Notes: a model not told the origin generated them from the letters alone. Shown: positions 10,660 to 23,082, counted from the stretch's first letter. The stretch is 64,000 nt of DNA from Octopus vulgaris (GCA_951406725.2 OX597821.1:65038001-65102000), one strand, 5' to 3'. Numbers and translations: made by a program.

Positions 10660-11188
10660 TTGTTGCTTGTTCCTTCTCGAACCACGCCTGGCTCATAAGG
10701 GCCGGTTTCCCGGTTTCTTTGGCTTATAGGTTCCCCACCTAGACGGGATGCCGGTCCGTCGCAGGTGATATAATACGCAGGAGGAAAGAGTGAGAGAAAG
10801 TTGTAGCGAAAGAGTCAGCAGAAGTTCGCCATTATCTTCTGCCGGAGCACATCGCTCGGTCAGAGATTCGATTCCGCCGAGGTCGACTTTGCCTTTCATC
10901 CATTCGGGGTCGATAAATTAAGTCCCACTTACGCACTGGGATCGATGTAATCGACTTAATCCGTTTGTCTGTCCTTGTTTGTCCTCTCTGTGTTTAGCCC
11001 CTTGTGGGTAGTAAAGAAATGTGTATTTCGTCTGTCTTTACGTTCTGAGTTCAAATTCGGCCGAGGTCGACTTTGCCTTTCATCCTTTCGGGGTCGATAA
11101 ATTAAGTACCAGTTGCGTACTGGCGTCGCTCTAATCGACTGGACCCTTCCCTAAAATTTTCGAACCTTGTGCCTAGAGTAGAAAAAAT
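10660..11188. mobile_element. SINE D 3' part (minus strand) fused to a headless SINE A dimer (plus strand)
   Basis: 10660-10860 matches 1595-1830; 10865-11188 matches family A. Confidence 0.8.
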
Positions 11189-12597
11189 ATTAGCTGGTTT
11201 AGCAGATGTACCGAATCTTTTATCTAGATATATAGAAGTTGTGTAAAGAAACGTTTCTTCAGTAACTTCCTCTGTTGCACTAGATATAATGTTTGCAGTA
11301 AAATGTGATTAAATATCCTCTTTTTAGAAATTAATATAGACTGATGTGGCAAAGTTGCCAATCTTTTATCGTCCACTTGCTTTTTGTGGTCTTTTGCAAT
11401 ACTGAATTACTGTATGGGAACAGTCAGCTTATCATTTTATTCTCCCGTTTATGCTTTGAATATGCGCCTCCTATACACAACGTCACATATTTCTAAATTC
11501 TTTCTATGTGTTACATGATTAACGATCAATGTTAAAAGGAGCCTTTAAAATTTCACCATCAACAATTCCACCATCATGAACGAAAACGACAGCATGGTGT
11601 TTTTGTAAAAAAACATTAAATTTCTCTAAAAATTTTTACATTTCCACAGCAGTTTACTCCCGAAACTGTCAATCAATCTACTCATAGGCACTGATATTCG
11701 GGTATCAGGATTGTTTACCGAGGTGCACCTAAGGAAAACTTAACGTTTATCCTGCATTTAGTTGACGGGCAATTCCAGAGCGTAGGTGATATTGTTTTAT
11801 TGCTGGGCGAATCATCAAGATCCACTACGTGTAACGGAGCTTTTGGTGAAATGTAATTCAAATGTGTTCAAATATTTCCTGATAAATTCAGTGTTTTCTT
11901 AAAAATTGAAATTGATAGAGATATCGTCAAGAAATACGTTTTGTGAATATTTTGTCACGTTTCTTGATTTATATATAAAAAAAAATTCGCGATTATGCGG
12001 TTTCCATTTGTTACAACTGTCTTATCAATTTTATGTTTGTGTTCTTAGTGTTGAATAAGAAAACCTGTAGTCCATTCAACACGCTTTATCTAAGTTTTGC
12101 ATTCATGACAGACTGTAGTTTGAAGTTCAACATACTTCACACAATATTTCCAAACATGCGATTTGGATAATCTTATTTGATAGGGTTTAATCCGCACATA
12201 TAAATCATATTGATACATGGGATATAAGGATACTGGCATCGTCATTAAAGATTTCAAATATGTTTACCTTAATAGTAAATATCTTGAACTATGATTCAAC
12301 AAAAATCTGTCTGTTTCTATATCGTAAAACATTGTTTTAAAACAACACGCCTTATACAATTTTATACAATTGAGTGCTATACGGGCTGAGATTGGAGAGT
12401 AAGGAGGTTATCAAACCGTACACGCTGAAATATATCAAAAAATGAAGAGCAGGTTCAAAGAAATAAACGTTTCTACATAATAAAAATTTTCATTTGGGTT
12501 ATAATAGTATTTATTATACAGACAATGTTATCGAAAGAAATATAAAGGAAAGGAGCAATGAAAATATCAAAGGTTTCTCTGGGCAAGAAGGATTCTA

Positions 12598-12959
12598 TTA
12601 TTACATCCGCCTTAGCGAAGGTGGAGGTGTTGTTTTCAGTCGTGCTTGTTTGTCCGTGGACAAGATATCTCAAGAACCGCTGGATTGATTTGAATGAAAC
12701 TTTCAGGGATGTTTGGCCTCGTGACTGGCACGAAATGATTAGATTTTAGGATCAATTCGATACCGGACAAGGATTCTGGATTATTTTTCCGTCTTTTACT
12801 ACTTAGTTTTTGAGAGCGAGTTCGTTTTTAGTATTCCCCTTTGTAAAATCAGTCGAGGTCATTTCAGATATTCTCATTTTAAAATTAATCTCCGGCCAAT
12901 CGTTGTGAAGACTTTGGTATTGCCTTGGTAGAGGTTTGCCCACTCTGACTGCTCTTGTT
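12598..12959 (+). mobile_element. Non-autonomous Helentron-associated element (HINE/DINE-1-like)
   Basis: 5' subTIR ttacatccgcc with adjacent inverted copy ggtggaggtg, gtttgtccgt microrepeat, 3' subTIR ggtagaggt followed by a degenerate short hairpin and TT. Confidence 0.7.
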
Positions 12960-12964
12960 CTTGT

Positions 12965-13372
12965 ATTCATTTATTTGTTTTAGTTATTTGACTGTGGCCA
13001 TGCTGCAGCACCGCCTTTAATCGAACAAATCGACACCAGGATTTATTCCTTGTAAGCCTACTACTTATTCTATCGGTCTCTTCTGCCGAACCGCTAGGCT
13101 TCGGGGATGTAAGCACACCAACATATGTTGTCAAGCGATGGTGAGGTAGTAAATACAGACACACAAATATATCAGATATATATATGTGGGGGGAGTGTGT
13201 GTATACGACAGGTTTCTTTCAGTTTCCGTCTGCCAAATCCACGCACAATGCTTTTTGTCGGCCCGTAGCTATAGTAGAGGACACTTTTCTAAGGTGCCAC
13301 GCAGTGGGACTAAACCCGGAACCAAGTGGTTGGAAAGCTAGCTTATTACCATACAGCCACGCATGCGCCTAT
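12965..13372 (-). mobile_element. SINE family B, full length
   Basis: Reverse complement of the family-B consensus, tail to head. Confidence 0.88.
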
Positions 13373-13549
13373 TATACAGAAAATCTTAAGTTATTTTAAG
13401 TTATGATTTCCTTGGAAATTCTCATATCCCAACTCGACAAGCAAGTCGGGATTTAAAGATTTCAAAATCAAGCATCCTTTACATTTTGTAGCACTGACAC
13501 TGGTAAAGTTACATTCCAAAACCAGTCCACGGTCTTAATTAAGGGGATC

Positions 13550-14040
13550 CGAAACGAAAAAGTGGAGTTTCGCGAGTAGCGCTCCACAAGATGTACAGGG
13601 ATGCACACTCTCTCCCAGAAAGACTGTTTGGAGTGATGCAGCTAGATTTAAGTTAAATGTTTCGATTAACCGCCACACTTACATCTCCTGGGCTCATGGA
13701 AATCCGCACATTACGGAAGAACATCCTCTTTATTTGCCAGGAGTTACAGTATAATGCAGCTTATCATCAACATGATGAATTGGATTCTTCTTTTCTGACG
13801 GTAGTGTGACTTGCTCCATTTATATGAAGTCGTTGCAACAATCTGCCGAACAATCAAGAGGATTTTGAATACGTGCAGATTAATTTCCAACAAGCTCGGC
13901 TACCTGCACACACCTGATAAATGCAAGGGCCTGCCCTGATATGATTTTACCAAACAGATTAACTAGTCGAAGAGTTTCAATAGAGTATCCACCGAGTATC
14001 TTACACGACTAGAATTTTATTTATGAGGATATTTGATATA
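13550..14040 (+). pseudogene. Tc1/mariner-superfamily (Tc3/rosa-like) transposase remnant
   Basis: VWSDAARFKLNVSINRHTYISWAHGNPHITEEHPLYLPGVTV*CSLSS..IGFFFSDGSVT matches the WSDEaxFxLnGxVNRHNxxYW...VWCG...IGPFFF pattern; stops and frameshifts present. Confidence 0.8.
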
Positions 14041-14398
14041 TTAAAAACATCACACACACACACATGCATACATACACAGACACAAACACACACACACACA
14101 CACACTTGAAGAGAAGCTGCAAAATTGTTCAGAATAGGATGCGATATATGTTGGACTTTGGTTATGTTCTACTGCGTCCAACTTGGCTTATGATAAACTA
14201 GAACACCAGGTAAGGTGCAGGACCCTCATTTCTTGCATACATCACACTCCGGATATATCCCTTGAAAAATATGGGTAGGTTTGTGAGTTTACTTGTATTT
14301 TATCGCGATCATATGGAGACCTAAGAGAATCTGAAATCCCTGATATATGCTCCAAATCATCCTGAGTTGCAAGTGACATGGTGACGTATGTATGCGTG

Positions 14399-14437
<39 letters not shown>

Positions 14438-14479
14438 ATATATATATTTATATACATATATATGTGTGTGTGTATACAT

Positions 14480-14521
<42 letters not shown>

Positions 14522-14535
14522 TTATATATATATAT

Positions 14536-14866
14536 GAAGGCGTATGGCTCAGTGGTCAGAGCGTCGAACTTACGACCGCCAGGTTGTGAGTTCGAATCCG
14601 GGACCGGGATGCGTGTTGTATTCATGAGCAAGACACTACTATTTCACGTTGCTCCAGTTCACTCAGCTGCTGTAGAAATGAGTTGCGACGTCACAAGCTG
14701 TGTCGGCATTTGCCTTTCCCTTGGATAACATCGGTGCGTGGAAAGGGGAGGTTGTTATGCATGGGCGACTGCTGGTCTTCCATAAACAACCTTGCCCGGA
14801 CTTGTGCCTGGGAGGGTAACTTTCTAGGAGCAATCCCATGGTCAGTCATGACCGAAGGTGGTCTAC
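14536..14866 (+). mobile_element. SINE family C (tRNA head, CORE-like domain)
   Basis: A box tggctcagtgg, B box gagttcgaatcc, gagcaagacactactatttcacgttgctccagttcactcagctg shared with 49378-49965. Confidence 0.85.
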
Positions 14867-14883
14867 GCAATATATATATTAGT

Positions 14884-14941
<58 letters not shown>

Positions 14942-14954
14942 CAACTATATATAT

Positions 14955-15227
14955 ATAGTTGAAATTTACAGAAAAACAAAACACGAAGCCAGGTGTATAA
15001 ACAACAAACAGGTGTATCAGTTTAACGCTCGGCAAGGTGAGAAAGTCTTTTACGTTTCGTGTCTACGCTCTTCAACAGAAAGTAACATGAGTAAATTTTT
15101 AAAGATTATAGATCTAGTGGTCAATCATTGCGGCTCGCTGGATAGAGGTACTTAGACAAGAGAGTTAGGAAGAAGGGGAGATAATAAAGTATTAGTAATC
15201 CCAAAACGAAGGTGTGCATGCATGTGC

Positions 15228-15230
<3 letters not shown>
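14955..15230 (-). mobile_element. Penelope-like terminal fragment with variant hammerhead motif (15047-15082)
   Basis: Second copy at 39585-39960; both abut (TA)n; minus strand reads cttt-CTGTTGA-agagcgtagacac-GAAAC-GTA-aaag. Confidence 0.6.
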
Positions 15231-15261
<31 letters not shown>

Positions 15262-15748
15262 ATTATATGCCTGCCTTTTTATTTCGTTTTCGTTACTATG
15301 TTCCTAGGTACCCTATAATGATCTCATGATACACGTCTCTTATATTTTCTAGTCAGATAGAATAAAATGAAATAATATGAGTCAAATCTCCTTTCAATTT
15401 CCTTCAACTTTTCGTTCTTTTTTCTTTTTCTTTTTGCCTATCTTATTTCTTTTTCATATATCTTTACCCCTTCTCGACATATTAATGGATTTAATAGAAT
15501 TTATTTCATCTCTATCCACAAGCTTCCTTCTCCTCCCCATCTGTCTCTCTATCTCTCCCTCTCTCATACTCTCTCTTTCACTCTCTCTCTCTCTGTCTTT
15601 CTTTCTCTTTGTCTCTGGTTATTTCATTCACTATCTCTCCTCCTCTCCCACTCTGATTACTTTACATCACGACTTTTTATAAAACTATTTTATGTGCATA
15701 TCTATACACACACATGCACACACACACATACATACATACATACATACA

Positions 15749-15801
<53 letters not shown>

Positions 15802-16192
15802 TGTGTGTGAGTATGTGTGTGTGCGTGTCCACACACCTACACAAATGTAAAATATTCATACTTACGTATATGCCTCCACATAAACGCAAAAGTATGTATA
15901 TATATTTGTATAACGCATACACGACAGTCCCCTTCTCACACGCTCTCTCTCCTTCTCTTTCCTTCTCCACCGTAATCTATCCGCGTGTCTCACAAATCGC
16001 TAAACCGCCCTTTAACCAATAGTAACGATCCTCGATTAAGTACTAACTGAACTGCGATGATAGGAACATAGCTGCTGGTAAACTAGTTTTGATATGAAGA
16101 GAGTCATACAGTGAAATTTTACCGAAAGTCAACCAATTAGACATAACTATAACAAACTTGCCTGCTTGATACTTCGTTTCTGAATTTCTCGT

Positions 16193-16202
16193 GATATATA
16201 TA

Positions 16203-16247
<45 letters not shown>

Positions 16248-16544
16248 GTATGTATATGTGTATATATATATGTATGTATGTATGTATGTATATGTGTATA
16301 TATATATGCGTGTGTGTATGTATATGTATATCTACATGTGTGTTTTTTGTATGTATATGTATATATATATTTATATACCTACATATATATAAGTATGTAT
16401 CTATGTATATATGTATATATGTGTGTGTGTGTGTGTATCTACATGTATATATGTATGTGTTGTATGTATGTATATATATATATATATATTTTTATATACA
16501 TACATATATATATGAACGTATGTATATATATATATATATACACC

Positions 16545-16586
<42 letters not shown>

Positions 16587-16635
16587 CATATATATATATA
16601 TATATATATATACACCATATATATTTATATATATG
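16193..16635. repeat. Compound (TA)n/(TATG)n/(TG)n microsatellite field
   Basis: Directly visible. Confidence 0.95.
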
Positions 16636-17091
16636 CGTTTGAGTGTTTATGTACGCCGGCTTGCATGCATAGACACACATAAAACAGATCAATAAAGTTA
16701 CATCAAAGTCGAACGAACTCAGTATGGCTGATTATAGAATGAAATTACATTAACAGTAGCGTTTTATAACCAGTATTACTGTATTACTGTATGTTTCGAA
16801 ATTCTCGGTTCCCAACTGAACATCCATTGTCAGATTTTGGACGACACATGCAGATCTGAACTACGTGAAATACGGCGCGGCCTTTGAGTAGTTGTTCTTG
16901 CTATGAGTATCACGGGGAAAATATATTTAATTGTTTCCGAGTTGTACTTGCCTTACAAAGGTTTTGATCTTAGAAAATGTGCTGAAGCTAAAAGAAATAA
17001 AACGTGTTTGTGTGGTTTTTATTAAATCCTCACTCTGTTAATTGATCCAGAGCTATACTGCTTGGTAAACGTCGTACTACATGTACATCAG

Positions 17092-17131
<40 letters not shown>

Positions 17132-17574
17132 TATATATATGTGTGTGTGTATGTATGTATGTATATATGTATGAATGTATGTATGTATGTATGTATGTAT
17201 GTATGTATGTATGTATTTCAGTTTTATAAACTTCATACGGCTACGCGAGTTGCCAGAATCGTTTTCCCCCTTTCGGGGTCGATAAAATAAGTACCAGTTG
17301 AGCACGTTGTGATCGACTTTGCCTTTTCTATCGAAATTACTGATCTTTACTAAATAACAATGTATAAACATTCATTCTGCACTGATCCTTTGTGAAGACC
17401 CATTCTATTTCCTCCTCTAAACAAGCTCACTCTAAAGCAGCCAGGAATTAAACCGGCAGCAGAGTGAGTAAACTAATTTGCATAATCGTGCTTTTACCTG
17501 TTCTTCATACATTAAGCAATATTATCTCATGCCCCAAACTGCATCAGATAGAAAGGCTGAAATAAATTAATATA

Positions 17575-18588
17575 TTCTTTTCTATTCTAGGCACAAGGCC
17601 CGAAATTTTGGAGGAGGGGGCAGTCGATTAGATCGACTCCAGTACACAATTGGTACTTAATTTAATGACTCCCAAAGGATGAAAGGCAAAGTCAACCTCG
17701 GCGGAATTTGAACTCAGAACGTAAAGAAAGATGAATTACCGCTAAGCATTTTGCCCGGTTTGCTAACGTTTCTTATTTCTTTATTGCCCACAAGGAGTTA
17801 AACATAGAGGGGACAAACAAGGACAGACAAACGGATTAAGTCAATTACATCGACCCCAGTGCGTAACTGGAACTCAGTTTGTCGACCCCGATAAGATGAA
17901 AGGCAAAGTCGACCTCGGCAGAGTTTGAAAACTGAACGTAACGGCAGACGAAATACCACTAAGCCTTTTGCCCGGCTTGCTAACGTTGCTGCCTGCTCGC
18001 CGCTTTAATATACGTTTTATATATTCTTTTCTTCTCTAGGCACAAGGCCCGAAATTTGGGGGGAGAGGAAAAGTCAATTTGATCGACGCCAGTACGCAAC
18101 TGGTGCTTAATTTATCGACCCCGAAAGTATGAAACTCAAAGTTGACCTCGGCGGAATTTGAACTCAGAACGTAAAGACAGACATAATAACCTTTTCTACT
18201 CTAGGCACAAGGCCTGAAATTTTGGAGGAGGGGCCAGTCGATTAGATGGACAACAGTACGCATCTGGTACTTAATTTATCGACCCCGAAAGGATGAAAGG
18301 CAAAGTTGACTTCGACAGAATTTGAACTCAGAACGTAACGGCAGACTAAATACCTATTTCTTTACTACCCTCAAGGGGCTAAACACAGAGAGGACAAACA
18401 AGGACAGACAAACGGATTAAGTCGATTATATCGAACCCAGTGCGTAACAGGTACTTATTTAATCGACTCCGAAAGGATGAAGGGCAAAGTCGACCTCGGC
18501 GGAATTTGAACTCAGAACGTAACGGCAGACGAAATACGGCTACGCATTTCGCCCGGCGTGCTAACGATTCTGCCAGCTCGCCGCCTTG
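17575..18588 (-). mobile_element. Two head-to-tail multimeric SINE A insertions (five core units)
   Basis: Repeated core; second insertion flanked by the 18-bp direct repeat atatacgttttatatatt (18008-18025 and 18589-18606). Confidence 0.9.
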
Positions 18589-18689
18589 ATATACGTTTTA
18601 TATATTACAACGGCTCCTATACCAATAATATAGTCATATACTTATTCATATTTCGCTCACACTCAGAGGAATTATAATATTCTTATATT

Positions 18690-18870
18690 CTTTTATTTGT
18701 TTCAGTCATTTGAGTGCGGCTAAGCTCCAGTTCTTATTCTTTGTAAGCCTACTACTTATTCTATCGGTACTTTGTGCTGAACCGCTATGTCACGGGGATG
18801 TAAACGCACTAACATCTATTGTCAAGCGATGGTGGTGAGACAGAGACACAGAAACATATACATACATATA
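18690..18870 (-). mobile_element. SINE family B, 3' part
   Basis: ttatttgtttcagtcatttgagtgcggc...tacttattctatcggt. Confidence 0.75.
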
Positions 18871-18880
18871 TATATATATA

Positions 18881-19082
18881 TATATCACTGACGAAGAGAG
18901 GGCTGTTATAAGCTAACCCTGAAATCGGTCCGATATGGTAATAATGGAATTTTTTAGAAATTTCTGTCGACCTTTTTTCGAGTAGCGTGCGTATTGTGAA
19001 AAAATTATATGGTTAATGGACAATATGTCCAATTTTTCGGCATATTTGGCATTAGAAATGTTTTCGTTTGCCCTTATTTATG

Positions 19083-19086
<4 letters not shown>
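18881..19086 (+). mobile_element. Short hammerhead-bearing (PLE-type) element between (TA)n tracts
   Basis: atatca-CTGACGA-agagaggg...ccct-GAAA-TCGG-TC-cgatat at about 18882-18936; 3' end homologous to the arms of 36431-36633. Confidence 0.6.
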
Positions 19087-19169
<83 letters not shown>

Positions 19170-19887
19170 TACATTATGTGGTAATTAGTTTAATGTTCGA
19201 CTATCTTGTATGCAACTACGCATCATCTTTAATTTCACATAGAAAACGTTGACCGTGAATTCGAAATTTTCGCTTAGTTACTTTCCTCAGGTAAACTCAC
19301 GTTGCGACAAGGCAGAATCTTCGAAGTCATCGACCTTCTGTGCGCGCGCGCTGAATATGCTTATGTTTGTGCGTGTGTGTTAATATGACTGTATGGAAGC
19401 CAATATATGTTTTATGATATATGTATATCTGTGTGTGATATGTGTGACCAAGGAACACAAGGCTAAGACATTTCCGTATTCAAATCAAATGCTGCCTAAT
19501 ATTAGAGAAATAACGCCTTCCCCCTCGCAGTTACGCAATTTTAGGTTTTGACACAAACGCACGCAAGCACAACATATACACACATCGTATATTCGATTGC
19601 ATACTTTTTTCTTCGCTGTCTTCAGTTTACATAATATCCATAATTCTAAAAATAACGATATATATGTGTGTGTGTGTGTGTGTGTATTAGTTTTTATATC
19701 AAGTCTGTACTTATGATCGAAATAGGTAGTTATCTTTGAAACCAATAACGAATACCCCCCCCACTCCGTAAAAAGAAACTGCTTCTGGCTATGTTTGTTT
19801 GTTATGTCTAATATGTTTTCAGCATTTCAAATATACGAATATTTAAATATATTTATTTTGTTCATTTATTTAGTTATTTATTTTTTT

Positions 19888-19889
19888 AG

Positions 19890-19960
<71 letters not shown>

Positions 19961-20109
19961 CATCATTATCATTATTATTATTATTATTATTCCTATTACT
20001 ATTATTATCTTCGTCATTACCTTCATATATGATCATGAGCATGATGATCATCATTATTATACTTTTTACCATCATCATCATCATCATTATTATTATTATT
20101 GTTATTAAA

Positions 20110-20170
<61 letters not shown>
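19888..20170. repeat. (TTA)n/(TCA)n microsatellite
   Basis: Directly visible. Confidence 0.95.
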
Positions 20171-20534
20171 GCAAATAATATTCTGAAGAAGCATCATTAG
20201 TTATAGAGTCTGAAGAGCTTGTTTAAGTGTTTCGCAATTACGTTTCTTTTTTTGTTGTTGTTTTTTTCTTCTTCTTCGCTGCAATATAATCAGTAATACG
20301 TCGCATATTCTTGCGTTAAGATTGTTTGGCTGCTAAGAATACATGTATATTTAGTTTGCATTATGAAAGTAGAAAATGCTATTCTGCCTTGGAGAACTTC
20401 GCACTTAGTTGAGCTACCTTTACTAAGGACATCACTCTTAATGCATTTATAGATACATACAAGCTTAAGTGACGCATATACTTCTTTCAGACGGTTACAA
20501 ATTCCAATGTGAGGACCACAAAGAAAATAATCCC

Positions 20535-20730
20535 GTCTAATTTTGGCACAAGGCCAGCAGTCTGGTGTGGGGAGATGATTAGTCGGTTACTTCGACCCCA
20601 GTTTTTAACCGGTACTTATTTCATCGACTCCGATAGGATGAAAAAGCAAAAGTGACCTCGGCGGAATTTGAACTCAGAATGCAAAGAGCCGAAAGACATG
20701 CCACTAAACGATTCTCTCGGACCACCATTT
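20535..20730 (-). mobile_element. SINE family A, diverged
   Basis: ggtacttatttcatcgactccgataggatgaaaaagcaaaagtgacctcggcggaatttgaactcag. Confidence 0.75.
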
Positions 20731-21364
20731 TTATATTGGTTTCAAATTTAGTAAAAAAAAAAAAGGCCAGATATTTCACGGTTGGCCTGCAGACATCTGT
20801 ATTTTAACCTTTAATGATGGATGAAACACATGTGTCTCTGCGTTAATGAATTGCTAAAACACTCAGAATTATTACAATCTGTTGTGTATATAATGCAAAT
20901 ATATCATCAGAAGTGCTGTTATATAGTAGGGTGAGATTTGCAATAAATCTTTTTTGCAACAACGAAAATATATTGAAGAATGCGTCTCTTTGGAATCAAG
21001 AATATATGATAGTTAAGGACACGGTTACGAACTACCAAGTCCCTTGTTGTACATTCCAGAAAAAAGAACCATCGATTAAATTCGTTAAATTTACTTATTT
21101 TGTATTTGGTTCATACTCTCGTAACAGAACCTTAAAAGTGAAATCGTAAATTTGGTTATATATGTAATTCGTAGTACTAGCATGTCATATAGCACCACTT
21201 CTAAGGTCAGTAATGAAAATTATGTTAATATTATTTTAGAAATGATAAGAATAAATTATTGATATAGATTTGATACTACAGTCTTGAAATAAGAAAGTTG
21301 CATTAACTGAAGAAAGCTAAATTAGTTGCTATGTTGTTTTGCAGCAGGTAGATCTGGTATTTAT

Positions 21365-21540
21365 CAGCTGTGTTGGTGTGTTTATGTCCCCGTAAATTTA
21401 GCGGTTTGGTAAAAGAAGATAGAATAAATATCTGGCTTAGCAAAATAAGCTCTGGGGGTTCATTCGTTCGACTAAAATTCGTGCACGTGGTGCCCCAACA
21501 TGGCGGCAGTCTAATGAGGGAAACAAGTAAAACAAAAATA
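21365..21540 (+). mobile_element. SINE family B, 3' part
   Basis: ggtgtgtttatgtccccgtaaatttagcggtt...ggtgccccaacatggcggcagtc. Confidence 0.7.
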
Positions 21541-22592
21541 TGTAGCTATACTTAGCGATTTTAATGGCCGTAGTTTCACATGCGATTGTCTTCGACGTCG
21601 AAGTGACCACTTAACACACAGTGTAATTGTATCAGTTACGTACAGGACCTCATAACTGAGCACCAAAATAAAGCAGTCCATTTACGATAGTCGCTAGGGG
21701 CAAATATATATCGATTCACTACACAACATTTACGCGTATCTATAATTTCATATTACAGCCTTGACAAACGATTTCCATTGATGTATTTCACCTATTATCA
21801 CTCTTTCTTCGTTGTTCATTGTTTGTTTTATTCTATATATCTCTACTTCCCTGCCTTGGTGATTTTTTTCCATGTTTATAGCATTATATGAAATCTATAC
21901 CGGTTCGAATCGATATTGATTTATGTTAATTTTATCGCTGTTGTTAGTACATATTCTATTTTCTCAAATGCATGTTAGTTTTATGTTGTTGCTTTGTTTT
22001 TATTAACTATATGTTATTTCTTTGTTATTCCCGGCTATTTTTATACAGTTTAACATAAGGGGTCACTTGGTGGTCGAACATGAAGTGCATTGTTTGCTAA
22101 TTAAAGATGTGTAAAGACACACCTCAGCAGACCACTTCAAAATACAGGACGCATATTTTTTTCTTCTTTCTCTACGTCTACTTCTCCTCTCAGAGAAAAC
22201 TAATACACACGCTATTAACACCGATATGCCGTATTTCACTTTAGTCACGCTAATTAAACAAAAACGCCATATTACATCAAACATCCATTTACAACTGTAA
22301 AAGCTTTCTTTTTTCTACTTCCCTCCCGTTTTCTTATTTCGTATTTTCTAATCATTACGCTACCACCACTACTACTATTACTACTTTCTTGTTCTTGCTG
22401 TTGTTGTTGTTGTTGTTGTTTTTGGTAAATTGCTGTTGGCAGAAGAAAATAATCAGGAGACGAAAAGGACAACAACGACAAATACAGAAAAAGAAAAAGA
22501 AAGAAAAAAAATCGAGAGGACAAAATATAACCAACGGAAACAACAACGCCCCGGTGACAACAATACTAACATCCACAATTATAAACACAACC

Positions 22593-22644
<52 letters not shown>

Positions 22645-23081
22645 TAATAATAATGATGATGGTGATGATGATGATTTCAATATTGATAACCAATATTGAT
22701 TTCCTTTTATGTTAGAGTCTAGTTTTTTTTTTTTTGTTTTTCTCTCAGTTTATCATTAATAATACGATTTTTTTCTTTATTTTTTTTTTTCTTTTCTTTT
22801 CTTTTCCTATTTAGAAATCATTCGAACAATTTTTCTTAGTAACGAACGATTCCTGTTGTGAAGAGAAATAATCTTAACTTGTATTTATAACCACACGTGG
22901 ATCTTACTGTCAACATACTACTGTTAAGCAAACTATTATGATTGAATGCGGAGAAACTCTGACGCACAATACATGCGCACTCACGTGCTGGCCTGTGTCT
23001 TCTTTCCAAATAGAGAAGATATATATTCTTACCGTCAGAGAAACAGACAATGAAATAAGTACATAACATGTACAGTTAAAC

Positions 23082-23082
23082 A

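Noticed and set aside
11190-12480. Long non-microsatellite stretch that might be decayed coding sequence
   Set aside because: No open frame or recognisable motif found by eye; needs TBLASTX
14536-14610. tRNA-like sequence with A and B boxes (also at 1830-1897 and 49378-49445)
   Set aside because: No complete cloverleaf, and it continues into a SINE body; these are SINE heads, not tRNA genes
17575-18588. Regularly spaced repeats resembling a CRISPR array
   Set aside because: Units are ~180 bp SINE modules with repeated rather than unique spacers, in a eukaryotic context with no cas genes
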